Positions 47,286 to 56,288 of a stretch of DNA of 64,000 nt are shown one piece after another. The notes beneath the pieces were generated by a model that was given only the letters and a program-made list of their open reading frames with translations, ran no database searches and had not been told where the DNA came from. The translations under genes were made by a program, and so were the position numbers. Each line of letters begins with the position of its first letter. Position 1 is the first letter of the stretch. The DNA is taken from sequence record NC_010105.1; one strand, written 5' to 3'. This stretch comes from Escherichia phage JS98.

Positions 47286-47810
47286 TTATGCGAGAACCGT
47301 CTTTAAACGCTCTTCAAATTTCTGAAGCAGAGCTTGGCGTTCAGCTCGTTGTGATTTGTACTGCTCGATACGACCTGAAGTGAGGGCGTACTGTTCGTTT
47401 ACTGATTCCCGCATGAATTCAGGAATCTCTTTACAAGCTTTGATTTCGTCAAACTTATCAATAACCGCTTGTTGTTCAGCAATCAAGTTATCAAAATAAG
47501 CGATATCTGATTTAATGTTTGCCAGGTCAGATTCAGTAGGCATTAAACGTTTATTACGCTCAGCTTGATAAGCTTGGTTGGTTTCACGACTCCAGTGAAG
47601 AGTACGTTTTTTGTTAGTGTTTTTATAGAGCTCTACAATACCAACTGAATCGATGATAACAATCCAGTTCCAACGGCTTTTGTAAATCTCTCCTCCAGAT
47701 ATGGTAATCTCATTACCACAAGCAACGTCGTTAAAGAACTTGCTTTGTTTTTCAGATTTGAAATTACCATTGTTAAAATTAATCAGTGAAAAAATATCTT
47801 TAGCGTTCAT
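47286..47810 (-). CDS. hypothetical protein with C-terminal coiled coil
   Basis: 174-aa ORF. Confidence 0.5.
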   Translation of the reverse strand: MNAKDIFSLINFNNGNFKSEKQSKFFNDVACGNEITISGGEIYKSRWNWIVIIDSVGIVELYKNTNKKRTLHWSRETNQAYQAERNKRLMPTESDLANIKSDIAYFDNLIAEQQAVIDKFDEIKACKEIPEFMRESVNEQYALTSGRIEQYKSQRAERQALLQKFEERLKTVLA

Positions 47811-47836
47811 GATAACCTCCAGTAGTTGATAGGTCT

Positions 47837-47865
47837 ATAGTATCATGTCTAATGGAGATGTAAAC
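47837..47865 (-). promoter_or_regulatory. early promoter (GTTTAC-N17-TACTAT)
   Basis: atagta 47837-47842, gtaaac 47860-47865. Confidence 0.6.
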
Positions 47866-47867
47866 AA

Positions 47868-48209
47868 CTAATAGAAACTTTTTTCACCGGCTTGCCCACT
47901 AAACCAGGCGGATTGTGTGTTCTCTTTCCGTTGGTGTTTAATACGAATAAGGTATTCGTTCCTGATGGCGCAGAGTTCATCTCTGAAGTCGCCTGCCAAC
48001 TTAACCTGCTTACGGTCTAGATTTATTAAGGCTTGGGTCTTAGCTGCCAAGAGCAGTCTCCTGTAGTCTCCTTCTTCGCAATCCGTTTTATAAACCTTCT
48101 CAGCGAATTTGTGTTTAGATTCATTATCATAGTCTTCAATAGACTGTTTCATGGCATTAGAGTATTTCAACTCTGCTTTTACAAGGTCATAACTAAATTG
48201 TTCAAACAT
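47868..48209 (-). CDS. hypothetical protein
   Basis: 113-aa ORF. Confidence 0.4.
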   Translation of the reverse strand: MFEQFSYDLVKAELKYSNAMKQSIEDYDNESKHKFAEKVYKTDCEEGDYRRLLLAAKTQALINLDRKQVKLAGDFRDELCAIRNEYLIRIKHQRKENTQSAWFSGQAGEKSFY

Positions 48210-48219
48210 AATTTCACCT

Positions 48220-49215
48220 TTATTTCAGAAGGGTAACTTCAGCGATTTCGCTCCAGTCATTTTTATCGGTGGCAATGAAGTCCGCCAGATAAAGAGCTGT
48301 ACGTAATGATACGTTACGAAGACGAGATACATTGGCCTTCATCCATGCTAGAGCTTGATAAGTCTCAGCATCAGTCAGACCTCGGTTTTGCATCATATCG
48401 GTGGACAGGATAACGTCTTCAACACGAACCATAATCTCTTCATTCGAGTGAACTCCGAGGTCTAAGTAAACTGAACGAGATACTAAAGCTTGGAGGTGTG
48501 GAGCAAGTTTAGTTCCACGCTCTAATTCACGGTCAATATCAACGTTGGTGATGAACACGATGGTGCCTTCGTATTCGAATTCTTTATCGATATTTTTATC
48601 ATCGAGATAAGAACTTGAAGTGCTCCAGCATACCTTACGTTTCTCACCGGTATCCAATGCCGCTTTCAGAAGGTTCAGGATATCCATGTCAGAGAATACA
48701 TCAACATCATCAATAAGAAGAACACTATTAGGGCCGCGGTTATTCCAAAGTTGCTCGTAAAGACCGATTCCACTAATCTTTCCGTTGATTGATTTATATT
48801 CGATAGTTTCATTTTCGTGGGCATTTTGTAATGCTTTATCCAAAGAGTATGTTTTACCAATACCTGCGGCACCAGAGATGATAAGGGAACGAATTTTACC
48901 ATCGATGATTCCGTTAGTCATCATGTTCATTACTTTAAAACGTTTGTTGATGCGATGTTTCATTTCTTCAGCGGATTCAGTAACCGTTGCAGGTGCTTCA
49001 GCGCCTTCCATTTCAACGTCACATTTGAACACCCATACACCACGTTCAACACCATCAATCTGCACGAATACCTTGCCGTCACCGAGGTGAGCTTCAGATT
49101 CATGAATTTTATTAGGGAACCAGGTTTTACCTGAACTCATGAACGTACCAGAGATTTCATTACCGCGATAGATACCTTTGTTGATTTTGATAGTTAACAT
49201 TTTATTCTCCTTCAC
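48220..49215 (-). CDS. AAA+/P-loop ATPase
   Basis: 331 aa; Walker A SGAAGIGKT, Walker B VLLIDDVD. Confidence 0.55.
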   Translation of the reverse strand: MKENKMLTIKINKGIYRGNEISGTFMSSGKTWFPNKIHESEAHLGDGKVFVQIDGVERGVWVFKCDVEMEGAEAPATVTESAEEMKHRINKRFKVMNMMTNGIIDGKIRSLIISGAAGIGKTYSLDKALQNAHENETIEYKSINGKISGIGLYEQLWNNRGPNSVLLIDDVDVFSDMDILNLLKAALDTGEKRKVCWSTSSSYLDDKNIDKEFEYEGTIVFITNVDIDRELERGTKLAPHLQALVSRSVYLDLGVHSNEEIMVRVEDVILSTDMMQNRGLTDAETYQALAWMKANVSRLRNVSLRTALYLADFIATDKNDWSEIAEVTLLK

Positions 49216-49235
49216 TCAGTAGATTTGATAGGTCT

Positions 49236-49264
49236 ATAATAACATGTTTAAAGCAGATGTACAC
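49236..49264 (-). promoter_or_regulatory. promoter-like repeat copy 1 (GTGTAC-N17-TATTAT, overlapping TGCTTTA)
   Basis: 38-bp direct repeat shared with 49538-49575. Confidence 0.4.
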
Positions 49265-49266
49265 AC

Positions 49267-49497
49267 TTATTTTGCAATAATTTCACAGAAGCCATCTTTA
49301 TAGCGGGCCCATGTTTCACCATTTACTGTATAAAGAGCAGCTTTACGGCCATTAGGCATAACAACTTGTTTACCTTTGTTTTTAGTTACAGCTTCAATAA
49401 TTTCGTATTCTTCAGCACGATCAGCTTTAAAGGTATCTTCCAGAGCGATCAAGTTAGTAGTGTAAGAACCGTATTTGTAATTTTTGATAGCGTACAT
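49267..49497 (-). CDS. hypothetical protein
   Basis: 76-aa ORF flanked by the two promoter-like repeats. Confidence 0.4.
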   Translation of the reverse strand: MYAIKNYKYGSYTTNLIALEDTFKADRAEEYEIIEAVTKNKGKQVVMPNGRKAALYTVNGETWARYKDGFCEIIAK

Positions 49498-49547
49498 TTT
49501 TATATCTCCGTTTGGTTTAAGTTTTCAGCTCTTTAGCTGATAGGTCT

Positions 49548-49576
49548 ATAATAACATGTTTAAAGCAGATGTACAC
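49548..49576 (-). promoter_or_regulatory. promoter-like repeat copy 2
   Basis: identical 38-bp core to copy 1. Confidence 0.4.
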
Positions 49577-49598
49577 TACTTTTTTGCACTAAACCCAA

Positions 49599-49618
49599 AA
49601 AAGGCCCGAAGGCCTTTT
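49599..49618. terminator. intrinsic terminator (potentially bidirectional)
   Basis: aaaaggcc-cgaa-ggcctttt with A/T runs on both sides. Confidence 0.55.
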
Positions 49619-49619
49619 A

Positions 49620-50630
49620 TCATTTATAATACGAGTTATGGTTTTCTAGGTAAACCTGCTCAACGAACTTGTCCCAGAACTTCATGTCTACCTTATCAGG
49701 CATACCGTTCTTAGCGGCCCAGATAGCATTAGTTTCGACTTCATCAACGATAGCTTCAAGTTCGGCCTGTACATCTTTAAAAGCATGTAGCCCTTGTTTG
49801 ATTTCAAGGATAAATGGTGCTGTTCGTAAAGGATATTGAAGGTCACCGGTCATATAGATTTCCTTCAACTGATATCCAGCACGATAAGCATGGCTCAGAG
49901 CTTTCCAATCAATGCCTTCATTAGCTTCGGCCTTACGAGCACGTTCACCATATTCAGCATCAAGTTTATTCAGAGATTGCTTGAGCTCGATTAATGACAA
50001 AGTAGTTTGGTATTTACGACCTAGAACAGTATAGAACGTTTGAGGACCTGTTTTCTCGTGGTTATGGAACACCCATTCACAGAACTCGTTTTCAGGGAGT
50101 CGGTGCTTAATATCTTCTACCTTAGTACGACGTTGCTTAGTAGAACCATCTTCTTGATAATCAACCCACTGTTCAGGAATCTGGTTAACAATTGCCAGCA
50201 CACCACGTAAAGCGGCCAGTCGAGAACCCTTAACACCATATTTAGAAGCTTGCTTACGGACGTACCCTAAATAGGCTTTCATGTTAGTTGTATAGAAACG
50301 CGAACGGTTATCTTGGATAAATTTCCATACATCAGGTAAATCAGATTTAACCACCATTTCGGGTGGAGTGTGGAGCATATCTAGAGCAACGGTTTCGCCA
50401 TCAGCAGCCAGTTTAAAGAAATATTTCAGACTGTAAAGCTCATGGTCAACATCATCTTTAGTGTTTTTGGAAGCAGTGTTATTCGTGTTCAGGTTGGTAT
50501 GGTTCATAGCCGTACCTAACAGAATATCACGCGGATGCGGAACAAAGATTTCTTTAAAATCGACATCAGATTCCGGAGTACTTGTTCCATAAAGATGGCT
50601 ACCGAAGTAGCCTTTCATAACTGTTCTCAT
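49620..50630 (-). CDS. pol-beta superfamily nucleotidyltransferase-like protein
   Basis: 336 aa; N-terminal GSHLYGTSTPESDVDF (GS...DxD). Confidence 0.5.
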   Translation of the reverse strand: MRTVMKGYFGSHLYGTSTPESDVDFKEIFVPHPRDILLGTAMNHTNLNTNNTASKNTKDDVDHELYSLKYFFKLAADGETVALDMLHTPPEMVVKSDLPDVWKFIQDNRSRFYTTNMKAYLGYVRKQASKYGVKGSRLAALRGVLAIVNQIPEQWVDYQEDGSTKQRRTKVEDIKHRLPENEFCEWVFHNHEKTGPQTFYTVLGRKYQTTLSLIELKQSLNKLDAEYGERARKAEANEGIDWKALSHAYRAGYQLKEIYMTGDLQYPLRTAPFILEIKQGLHAFKDVQAELEAIVDEVETNAIWAAKNGMPDKVDMKFWDKFVEQVYLENHNSYYK

Positions 50631-51079
50631 TCTTTATTCTCGAAGTGAATTACAGGACACATCTTAGATTTACGAGCTTTAATGTATTGGACGACGATAT
50701 TTTCTTTAGTTTCTCGGCCTTCACGCTCAGCTTGAATACGTTGCCATTCCTTTTCTTCTCTACGTGCATCATACCACGCGTGTAAATTCATCGCACCTAA
50801 TGCCAAACCAATGGATAGAGCAATAATAAGAGCTATTGCAATCAACCCTAAAACAAACCCTAGACTCAACAGAACAGGAGTACTTAATACAAAGAAATGC
50901 TCTAATACACCAGCTCCTGCAACAGTTAATCCAAAAAGCGTACTACCTGCAACAACAGCACAAGCAAAACAAGCCCAAACCATTTTCCAGAAATAAGCAC
51001 ACAAAGAGTGTGGTCGAGAATGACGGTCATAAAAACGGTCGTGTAATTTAACGTGCCAAGAGTTTGAATTGATAATCAT
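50627..51079 (-). CDS. hypothetical membrane protein
   Basis: 150 aa; multiple TM segments. Confidence 0.45.
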   Translation of the reverse strand: MIINSNSWHVKLHDRFYDRHSRPHSLCAYFWKMVWACFACAVVAGSTLFGLTVAGAGVLEHFFVLSTPVLLSLGFVLGLIAIALIIALSIGLALGAMNLHAWYDARREEKEWQRIQAEREGRETKENIVVQYIKARKSKMCPVIHFENKE

Positions 51080-51089
51080 AATATTTTCC

Positions 51090-51650
51090 TTAAGGGTTCA
51101 TAGTTGGGATAACAGAGTTCAGATAAGAGACTAAAACTTTTAGCTCGTCTTTAGTAAATACCACTTCATTTTCACCATCGTGTCTTTGGGTCAAGGATAG
51201 CAAATCACGACCCTGGTGTTGATACACGGATAATTCGGTATCATAATCCAGTTCTTCTTCATCACCTTCAAATGTTTCACTAGAACGAATCACCGCATCT
51301 TGGCCTGGAACTTTCCATTCAACTTCTGGCTTGCATTCTTCCTGGAACAGTTTAAAAATACATTTAAAGAAATTACTAGAATTCCTAATGCTTAGACATT
51401 CAGTATCAGTTTCGATATTAAATCCGTCTTCATTTTTATAAATCTGGGCCCATACATCGTCGTTAATATCAAACGATGCTCTATGGCGTCCATCAAGATA
51501 CCCATCTTTATCCAAAACCTTTAAATCATAAAGTGGTTTAATATCTTGGATAGTTAGTACGATTTTATCGTCTTCTTGACAAAGCTCAATTGCATTATTA
51601 ACTACTTCAGCGGTCAGTTCGCCAAACAATTCAGTTGTTTCAATAATCAT
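51090..51650 (-). CDS. hypothetical acidic protein
   Basis: 186-aa ORF. Confidence 0.45.
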   Translation of the reverse strand: MIIETTELFGELTAEVVNNAIELCQEDDKIVLTIQDIKPLYDLKVLDKDGYLDGRHRASFDINDDVWAQIYKNEDGFNIETDTECLSIRNSSNFFKCIFKLFQEECKPEVEWKVPGQDAVIRSSETFEGDEEELDYDTELSVYQHQGRDLLSLTQRHDGENEVVFTKDELKVLVSYLNSVIPTMNP

Positions 51651-51660
51651 TTTCTGTTCC

Positions 51661-51933
51661 TCAACGGTTGTGTTTTAAAATACTGTACAGTTCTTCGACT
51701 TGGCTCGCATTCAGACAAATCATATCATTTTCTTGCTGGATTGTGATTCCGCCTTTTTCTTCCCAATCTTTAACAAAAATGTCATCGTCAGACTCTTCAA
51801 CATCTGCCAAAAGGACAATAATACCGTCTTCAGAATTACCACTTGGGTCGTATAACATTACAGTTTCCTCGCTAGCCATGAAAAGAATAAACCTATTAAA
51901 ACTGGACCAATAAGCATTGTAAGCCAAGCCCAA
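51661..51933 (-). CDS. hypothetical protein
   Basis: 90-aa ORF; start uncertain. Confidence 0.35.
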   Translation of the reverse strand: MGLAYNAYWSSFNRFILFMASEETVMLYDPSGNSEDGIIVLLADVEESDDDIFVKDWEEKGGITIQQENDMICLNASQVEELYSILKHNR

Positions 51934-51949
51934 GGTTCAAGATAGTAAA

Positions 51950-52207
51950 TCATCTCATGCTCCTGTGCCAACAGTTACGTGGCTCACGTTTAAAAATTTC
52001 ATCATGCATTGACTGACAACCTATACAATATATCACACCTTTGATAGCTTGACGTCGTGCTTCAGGAATCTCTTCATCACAATCAAAACAATATTTAGCC
52101 GATTCACGTTCAACTGCTACTTGCTTACGGGCGTGTACTATAGCGGCCTGAACGACCGCTTCCATTTCGAGCTGTTCGGCTCCGTCCTTAGCAAATCCAA
52201 CAGCCAT
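51950..52207 (-). CDS. TraR/DksA-type C4 zinc-finger protein
   Basis: 85 aa; CFDCDEEI...CIGCQ. Confidence 0.5.
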   Translation of the reverse strand: MAVGFAKDGAEQLEMEAVVQAAIVHARKQVAVERESAKYCFDCDEEIPEARRQAIKGVIYCIGCQSMHDEIFKREPRNCWHRSMR

Positions 52208-52389
52208 TATGCTTTCAACTCATTAAGATACTCAGCCAAGGCCGCTTTGGAGTTAGCCAAATCTCGTTTACACTGCTCTATTCCAGAATATGAATAACCT
52301 TCGCAATATTCAACAGCTAGGTCATTGGATGCGTTTTCAATATGCTGGGCGAGTTTAATAATTTTCTCAATCTGTTCGGTAGTTAACAT
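52207..52389 (-). CDS. hypothetical protein
   Basis: 60-aa ORF. Confidence 0.35.
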   Translation of the reverse strand: MLTTEQIEKIIKLAQHIENASNDLAVEYCEGYSYSGIEQCKRDLANSKAALAEYLNELKA

Positions 52390-52393
52390 AATA

Positions 52394-52630
52394 TCACCAG
52401 TATTTGTTGATAGTAGAAATTAATTCTTGGGCTTGAGTGGTCTTCAGCTTACACCCACAACCCTTTAATGTGTCTTTAAGGAGCCATGGTTCCTTGAGCT
52501 CGTCCTTTTCTAAGCGAATTCTGTACCCTCGGTAGTCGGCAAAGATACTTCGGTCGTCGAATATCTTAATCTCAAGGAGGCGATTATTGATTTCATATTC
52601 TAATGAAACCGTAGTACTTGTAAGTTTCAT
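52394..52630 (-). CDS. hypothetical protein
   Basis: 78 aa; SD GAGGAGA; early promoter upstream. Confidence 0.4.
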   Translation of the reverse strand: MKLTSTTVSLEYEINNRLLEIKIFDDRSIFADYRGYRIRLEKDELKEPWLLKDTLKGCGCKLKTTQAQELISTINKYW

Positions 52631-52658
52631 ACTGTTCTCCTCATTAGTTGATAGGTCT

Positions 52659-52687
52659 ATAGTATCACGTTCCTAGAGGATGTAAAT
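52659..52687 (-). promoter_or_regulatory. early promoter (ATTTAC-N17-TACTAT)
   Basis: atagta 52659-52664. Confidence 0.5.
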
Positions 52688-52702
52688 ACTAAAACGAAAA
52701 AA

Positions 52703-52722
52703 GGTCCCACCGAAGTGAGACC
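52703..52722 (-). terminator. intrinsic terminator
   Basis: ggtcccac-cgaa-gtgagacc (one mismatch); minus strand followed by TTTTTTCGTTTT. Confidence 0.5.
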
Positions 52723-52727
52723 TTTGA

Positions 52728-53114
52728 TTATTCTAACGTTAACAAATACTTAGTCTGGTAAAAGACACCAGTGATGTCGTCCAAAGTCGATTGGATGGCC
52801 TTAGGAAGATTTTTGTAGATTTTATCAGACGCTTTAATAAGTTCATCAAGAAAATCTATGGGGTCTTTAGGCAGTTCTGAAGCAGATGGTAGTGATGCTT
52901 TATATTCTTTGCCACTAAATCCTAAATACTGTTCACTGAACTGGTCTAGTGGTCCTTGAACTTCTGTATAATAGAAGTCATATGCTTTGTGTCTTGCATA
53001 GCTTTTGGTTTCCAAATGGGCTGACTTAAAATAGGCTAAAGAAACCAACAGCCAACCAATATAAGAATCTACTTCAGTCCCTCGACTAAGTACGAAATCA
53101 TTGAATTTCATCAT
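52728..53114 (-). CDS. hypothetical protein
   Basis: 128-aa ORF. Confidence 0.4.
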   Translation of the reverse strand: MMKFNDFVLSRGTEVDSYIGWLLVSLAYFKSAHLETKSYARHKAYDFYYTEVQGPLDQFSEQYLGFSGKEYKASLPSASELPKDPIDFLDELIKASDKIYKNLPKAIQSTLDDITGVFYQTKYLLTLE

Positions 53115-53391
53115 CTACCTTCATTAGTTTAGCGTATCGTTCTCCGATAGCCCGACCTTCAATCGAGCAAGACTCTATTGTATTGCAATTTGAAATTTTC
53201 CAAGAAGCAGTTACATAAGCCCAGTAGTCTTCGGAGGCCTTTACACTAGGTTTACTCATTTGCGCATAAACTGGCATCGCACTACTAGCAAAGGCGTCCA
53301 TCAATTTAGGGTCGGATTTGTTTGCTAGTGAAGATGTTGGGCTTAAACATCCAATCATAAGGATACAAGCCACTGTACGGAAAATACCCAT
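53098..53391 (-). CDS. rI: RI-like lysis-inhibition regulator (antiholin), secreted/lipoprotein-like
   Basis: 97 aa; signal peptide; CSIEGRAIGERYAKLMKV resembles T4 RI C-terminus as recalled; upstream of tk. Confidence 0.55.
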   Translation of the reverse strand: MGIFRTVACILMIGCLSPTSSLANKSDPKLMDAFASSAMPVYAQMSKPSVKASEDYWAYVTASWKISNCNTIESCSIEGRAIGERYAKLMKVDDEIQ

Positions 53392-53478
53392 ACAAAAGTC
53401 CTTTGTTATTTTATACGAATTTGCCTTTCGGCCTTAACCGATAGCGATTACCAAAAGCTCTACGGTTAGTATTACTAT

Positions 53479-53757
53479 TTATAGCTTTTTAAGCTTACGA
53501 CAATAAGAATAGAACACGTCGTTAAAATTATATTCAACCCAATTCCTCTGTATAGGCGAGGTAATGGAAAGCATATAATGTGCTTTAATTAAATCCATTC
53601 CATTTTTATTAGGGCATTCTTTATTATTAGCATTATACGTCGCTGCTACAACTTCTATCTCTCTTTTGTAAGCCGCATCATCCATGATGGGCGAAAGAAC
53701 AATATAAGAGATGGCCACAGCGAACGCTAGAATTAAAATCTTTGAATTTAGGTCCAT
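53479..53757 (-). CDS. hypothetical signal-anchor protein
   Basis: 92 aa; N-terminal TM. Confidence 0.4.
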   Translation of the reverse strand: MDLNSKILILAFAVAISYIVLSPIMDDAAYKREIEVVAATYNANNKECPNKNGMDLIKAHYMLSITSPIQRNWVEYNFNDVFYSYCRKLKKL

Positions 53758-53764
53758 AGTACCC

Positions 53765-54337
53765 TCAACTCGTTATTTCTATCCAGTGCTTCCTGCACAA
53801 TGACACGTAAGAATCGTTGCCACCTATAGAAACTTGGGCTCCGTCCTTAATTGCGACACCATCTTGGACCCTAGCAGTCATAGTAGCTTTACGGCCGCAA
53901 TGGCACACACCTTTGTACTCAACGAGTTTATCTGCCGTAGCGAGTAATTCAGCAGAACCAGGAAACAGTTTACCCTGAAAATCAGTTCTTAGCCCGTAAC
54001 ACATAACCGGAACATTATAATTGTCTACTATCTTTGCCAGTTGTTTTATCTGTGCAGGTTCTAAGAACTGTGCTTCATCCACAAACACACAGTGGATATC
54101 TTTTTGAGATTCAGCCCAACGATAGAACTCGTATAGGTCCATATCCGGAGTCACTGCATTAGCCTCTTGACTAATCCCTATACGAGACGAAATGGTATGG
54201 CTTGATTCTCTATTGTCTATCGCAGGCTTTAAAAGGAGCACGCCCATACCATGTTCTTTGTAGTTATGAGCTGCCGTTAGCAATGAAGCGGTCTTACCTG
54301 AGTTCATTGCCGCATAATGAAAATAAAGTTGAGCCAT
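53765..54337 (-). CDS. tk: thymidine kinase
   Basis: 190 aa; P-loop MNSGKT; zinc ribbon CHCGRKAT...CRKH; collinear with T4 Tk. Confidence 0.92.
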   Translation of the reverse strand: MAQLYFHYAAMNSGKTASLLTAAHNYKEHGMGVLLLKPAIDNRESSHTISSRIGISQEANAVTPDMDLYEFYRWAESQKDIHCVFVDEAQFLEPAQIKQLAKIVDNYNVPVMCYGLRTDFQGKLFPGSAELLATADKLVEYKGVCHCGRKATMTARVQDGVAIKDGAQVSIGGNDSYVSLCRKHWIEITS

Positions 54338-54346
54338 ATTACCTTC

Positions 54347-54532
54347 TTAAAGCGTATTCACATAAGCTATTAATTCGTTTTCTTTCTCATCAAACCGATC
54401 AGCAAATTCTTCTTGCTGTTCAGGAGATAGCGGACCATATTCATCGTAAAAAGCGTTTGCTTCGGTATGTTCATCCAAAAGCTCGTGAATAAGCTCAAAC
54501 AATCTACTTTTCTGACTAATACTTAAACTCAT
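54347..54532 (-). CDS. hypothetical acidic protein
   Basis: 61-aa ORF. Confidence 0.35.
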   Translation of the reverse strand: MSLSISQKSRLFELIHELLDEHTEANAFYDEYGPLSPEQQEEFADRFDEKENELIAYVNTL

Positions 54533-54756
54533 TTAGGTTCACCATATCGCACAAATTTAGGATGTTCGCAATAACCAGAATGAAAACCTTCACCCTTATG
54601 ATTGGAACATCCTTTATTAGAACAGTACCACCAGTAATCAAATTCGCATTCCATTCCATCGTTGCATAAAGCTGCGATTACTGGCCATTCGCATTTTTCA
54701 CATTTAGCCGTTTTAAGAATTCTGGCTTGGCTCATAACCATTGCACCTTTAAGCAA
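54529..54756 (-). CDS. Cys-rich small protein
   Basis: 75 aa; 10 Cys. Confidence 0.4.
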   Translation of the reverse strand: MLKGAMVMSQARILKTAKCEKCEWPVIAALCNDGMECEFDYWWYCSNKGCSNHKGEGFHSGYCEHPKFVRYGEPK

Positions 54757-54944
54757 TATTCTTCTACATGCTGTTTACGTTTATTTTTATCTATAAAAGT
54801 ATATTCAACGTATTCACCAATATACCATTTATCGGTGTTATGCTGACTTTTTATAGGGCATTTAGTTACTCGAGTTTCGGTCCAGCGCCGAATAATTTCC
54901 GCTTTGTTTTTAGGGTCAAACGGATGTGGGTAATGTGCTTTCAT
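54732..54944 (-). CDS. hypothetical protein
   Basis: 70-aa ORF. Confidence 0.35.
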   Translation of the reverse strand: MKAHYPHPFDPKNKAEIIRRWTETRVTKCPIKSQHNTDKWYIGEYVEYTFIDKNKRKQHVEEYCLKVQWL

Positions 54945-55395
54945 AATCCACCACTATTAAATCAATATCAGGGGTAAACATATCAATTAATTGAGAAACC
55001 TTGTCCCAATCACCACCAGCAATACCACAACCAATGCGAGGAATATAAATTCTTGGTTTAAACAAAAGGTCATTTGCTTGTAGATTTAATTCTATCATAC
55101 AGTTTACTAAAGCACCGTAATCAAGATTAGGGCCTGGTTCGTATTGGGTGTATAAATTATAGCACATTGCAAATCCATTAGGCTTATGTTTAAAAACAAT
55201 AGACATATCACCTAATTTATCACGAGAGCCGTATTCGGTAGTAGTCTTATCAATTTCTAAAATTTTAGGATAAGCTCTTGCTAATTGACCCGCTACACCT
55301 GAACCCATAGTGTGAAAACAATTACACCCATGTGCAATAATATTACCTTGGAGAAACAGGGCGACGATATCGCCCTTAATATAATCAATAATCAT
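54916..55395 (-). CDS. macro-domain protein (ADP-ribose binding/hydrolase fold)
   Basis: 159 aa; IKGDIVALFLQGNIIAHGCN...GSGVAGQLARAYP and CGIAGG glycine loops. Confidence 0.6.
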   Translation of the reverse strand: MIIDYIKGDIVALFLQGNIIAHGCNCFHTMGSGVAGQLARAYPKILEIDKTTTEYGSRDKLGDMSIVFKHKPNGFAMCYNLYTQYEPGPNLDYGALVNCMIELNLQANDLLFKPRIYIPRIGCGIAGGDWDKVSQLIDMFTPDIDLIVVDYESTLPTSV

Positions 55396-55748
55396 TTAGA
55401 GTTTAGCCCTCGGTTGTAAGAGTCAACGAGTCTGTCTACCATAGACGCGCACATTTCTTTGTACTTTTTATCAGATGGAACACATTCAGTAACGTTTAGA
55501 CGTTGCTCGTATCTTTTAGAAAGAGTTTTCTCTTTCATTCGGCGATGCTCGACGTCGTTCTGCCCATCTTTAAAAGCAGCTGTTATTTTTGAACTGAATT
55601 CAATAACACATTCAGTATTACTCGGATGACAATAATCTTTTGCTGTACGGGTGGCATACTCGACAATTGAATTATTTGTATCATCAACCTGTGATGCTAA
55701 TACTCCCGGAGCAATCAACATAAGCGCTATAGTCATCTGTTTAATCAT
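55392..55748 (-). CDS. secreted/periplasmic hypothetical protein
   Basis: 118 aa; signal peptide MIKQMTIALMLIAPGVLASQ. Confidence 0.45.
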   Translation of the reverse strand: MIKQMTIALMLIAPGVLASQVDDTNNSIVEYATRTAKDYCHPSNTECVIEFSSKITAAFKDGQNDVEHRRMKEKTLSKRYEQRLNVTECVPSDKKYKEMCASMVDRLVDSYNRGLNSK

Positions 55749-56288
55749 TTAATATACCGCCTCAAACATCTTTTTAGATTTTAGGTAATTGGCCTTTTCT
55801 AGAACTTCGGAAGCATATTTACTGCCTGCTTTGACATTCCAGCCCGCATTATAAGAAGCAATCGCTTTTCTCAGGTCACCTTTGTGAACATTAATCCAAT
55901 AAGACAGCTCAATGTAGGCCCAAGAGGCACTGTTCTGTCGTTTTTGGACCATACGAATTATTTCTTTGTCTGACATCTTCCAACCTACCTGTTGAACACG
56001 ACTTCTTAACGTAGGCAAGTAATTTTGGAACATGCCATAAGCATGGTGCTTATCTTTATTTAAACCTTGATTAATTCCAGCAGATGATTCCTGCCATAAT
56101 AATCCGGCCATTATATATCCTAATCCTTTTTGATTAGGGTTTTCTTTGAACTTTCCCGACTTTTGGTATTGTTCACCGAAAGCATACGCATAATGTAAAT
56201 TATCGAGTTGTTCATTACTGAAAGTAGGCTCTACGCTATAGGCAGACATACTAACTGTCAATAGTAAAGTGGCTAATACTTTTTTCAT
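55749..56288 (-). CDS. secreted lytic transglycosylase-like (SLT-domain) protein
   Basis: 179 aa; signal peptide; ESS...AYGMFQ...YNAG SLT-like motifs. Confidence 0.5.
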   Translation of the reverse strand: MKKVLATLLLTVSMSAYSVEPTFSNEQLDNLHYAYAFGEQYQKSGKFKENPNQKGLGYIMAGLLWQESSAGINQGLNKDKHHAYGMFQNYLPTLRSRVQQVGWKMSDKEIIRMVQKRQNSASWAYIELSYWINVHKGDLRKAIASYNAGWNVKAGSKYASEVLEKANYLKSKKMFEAVY

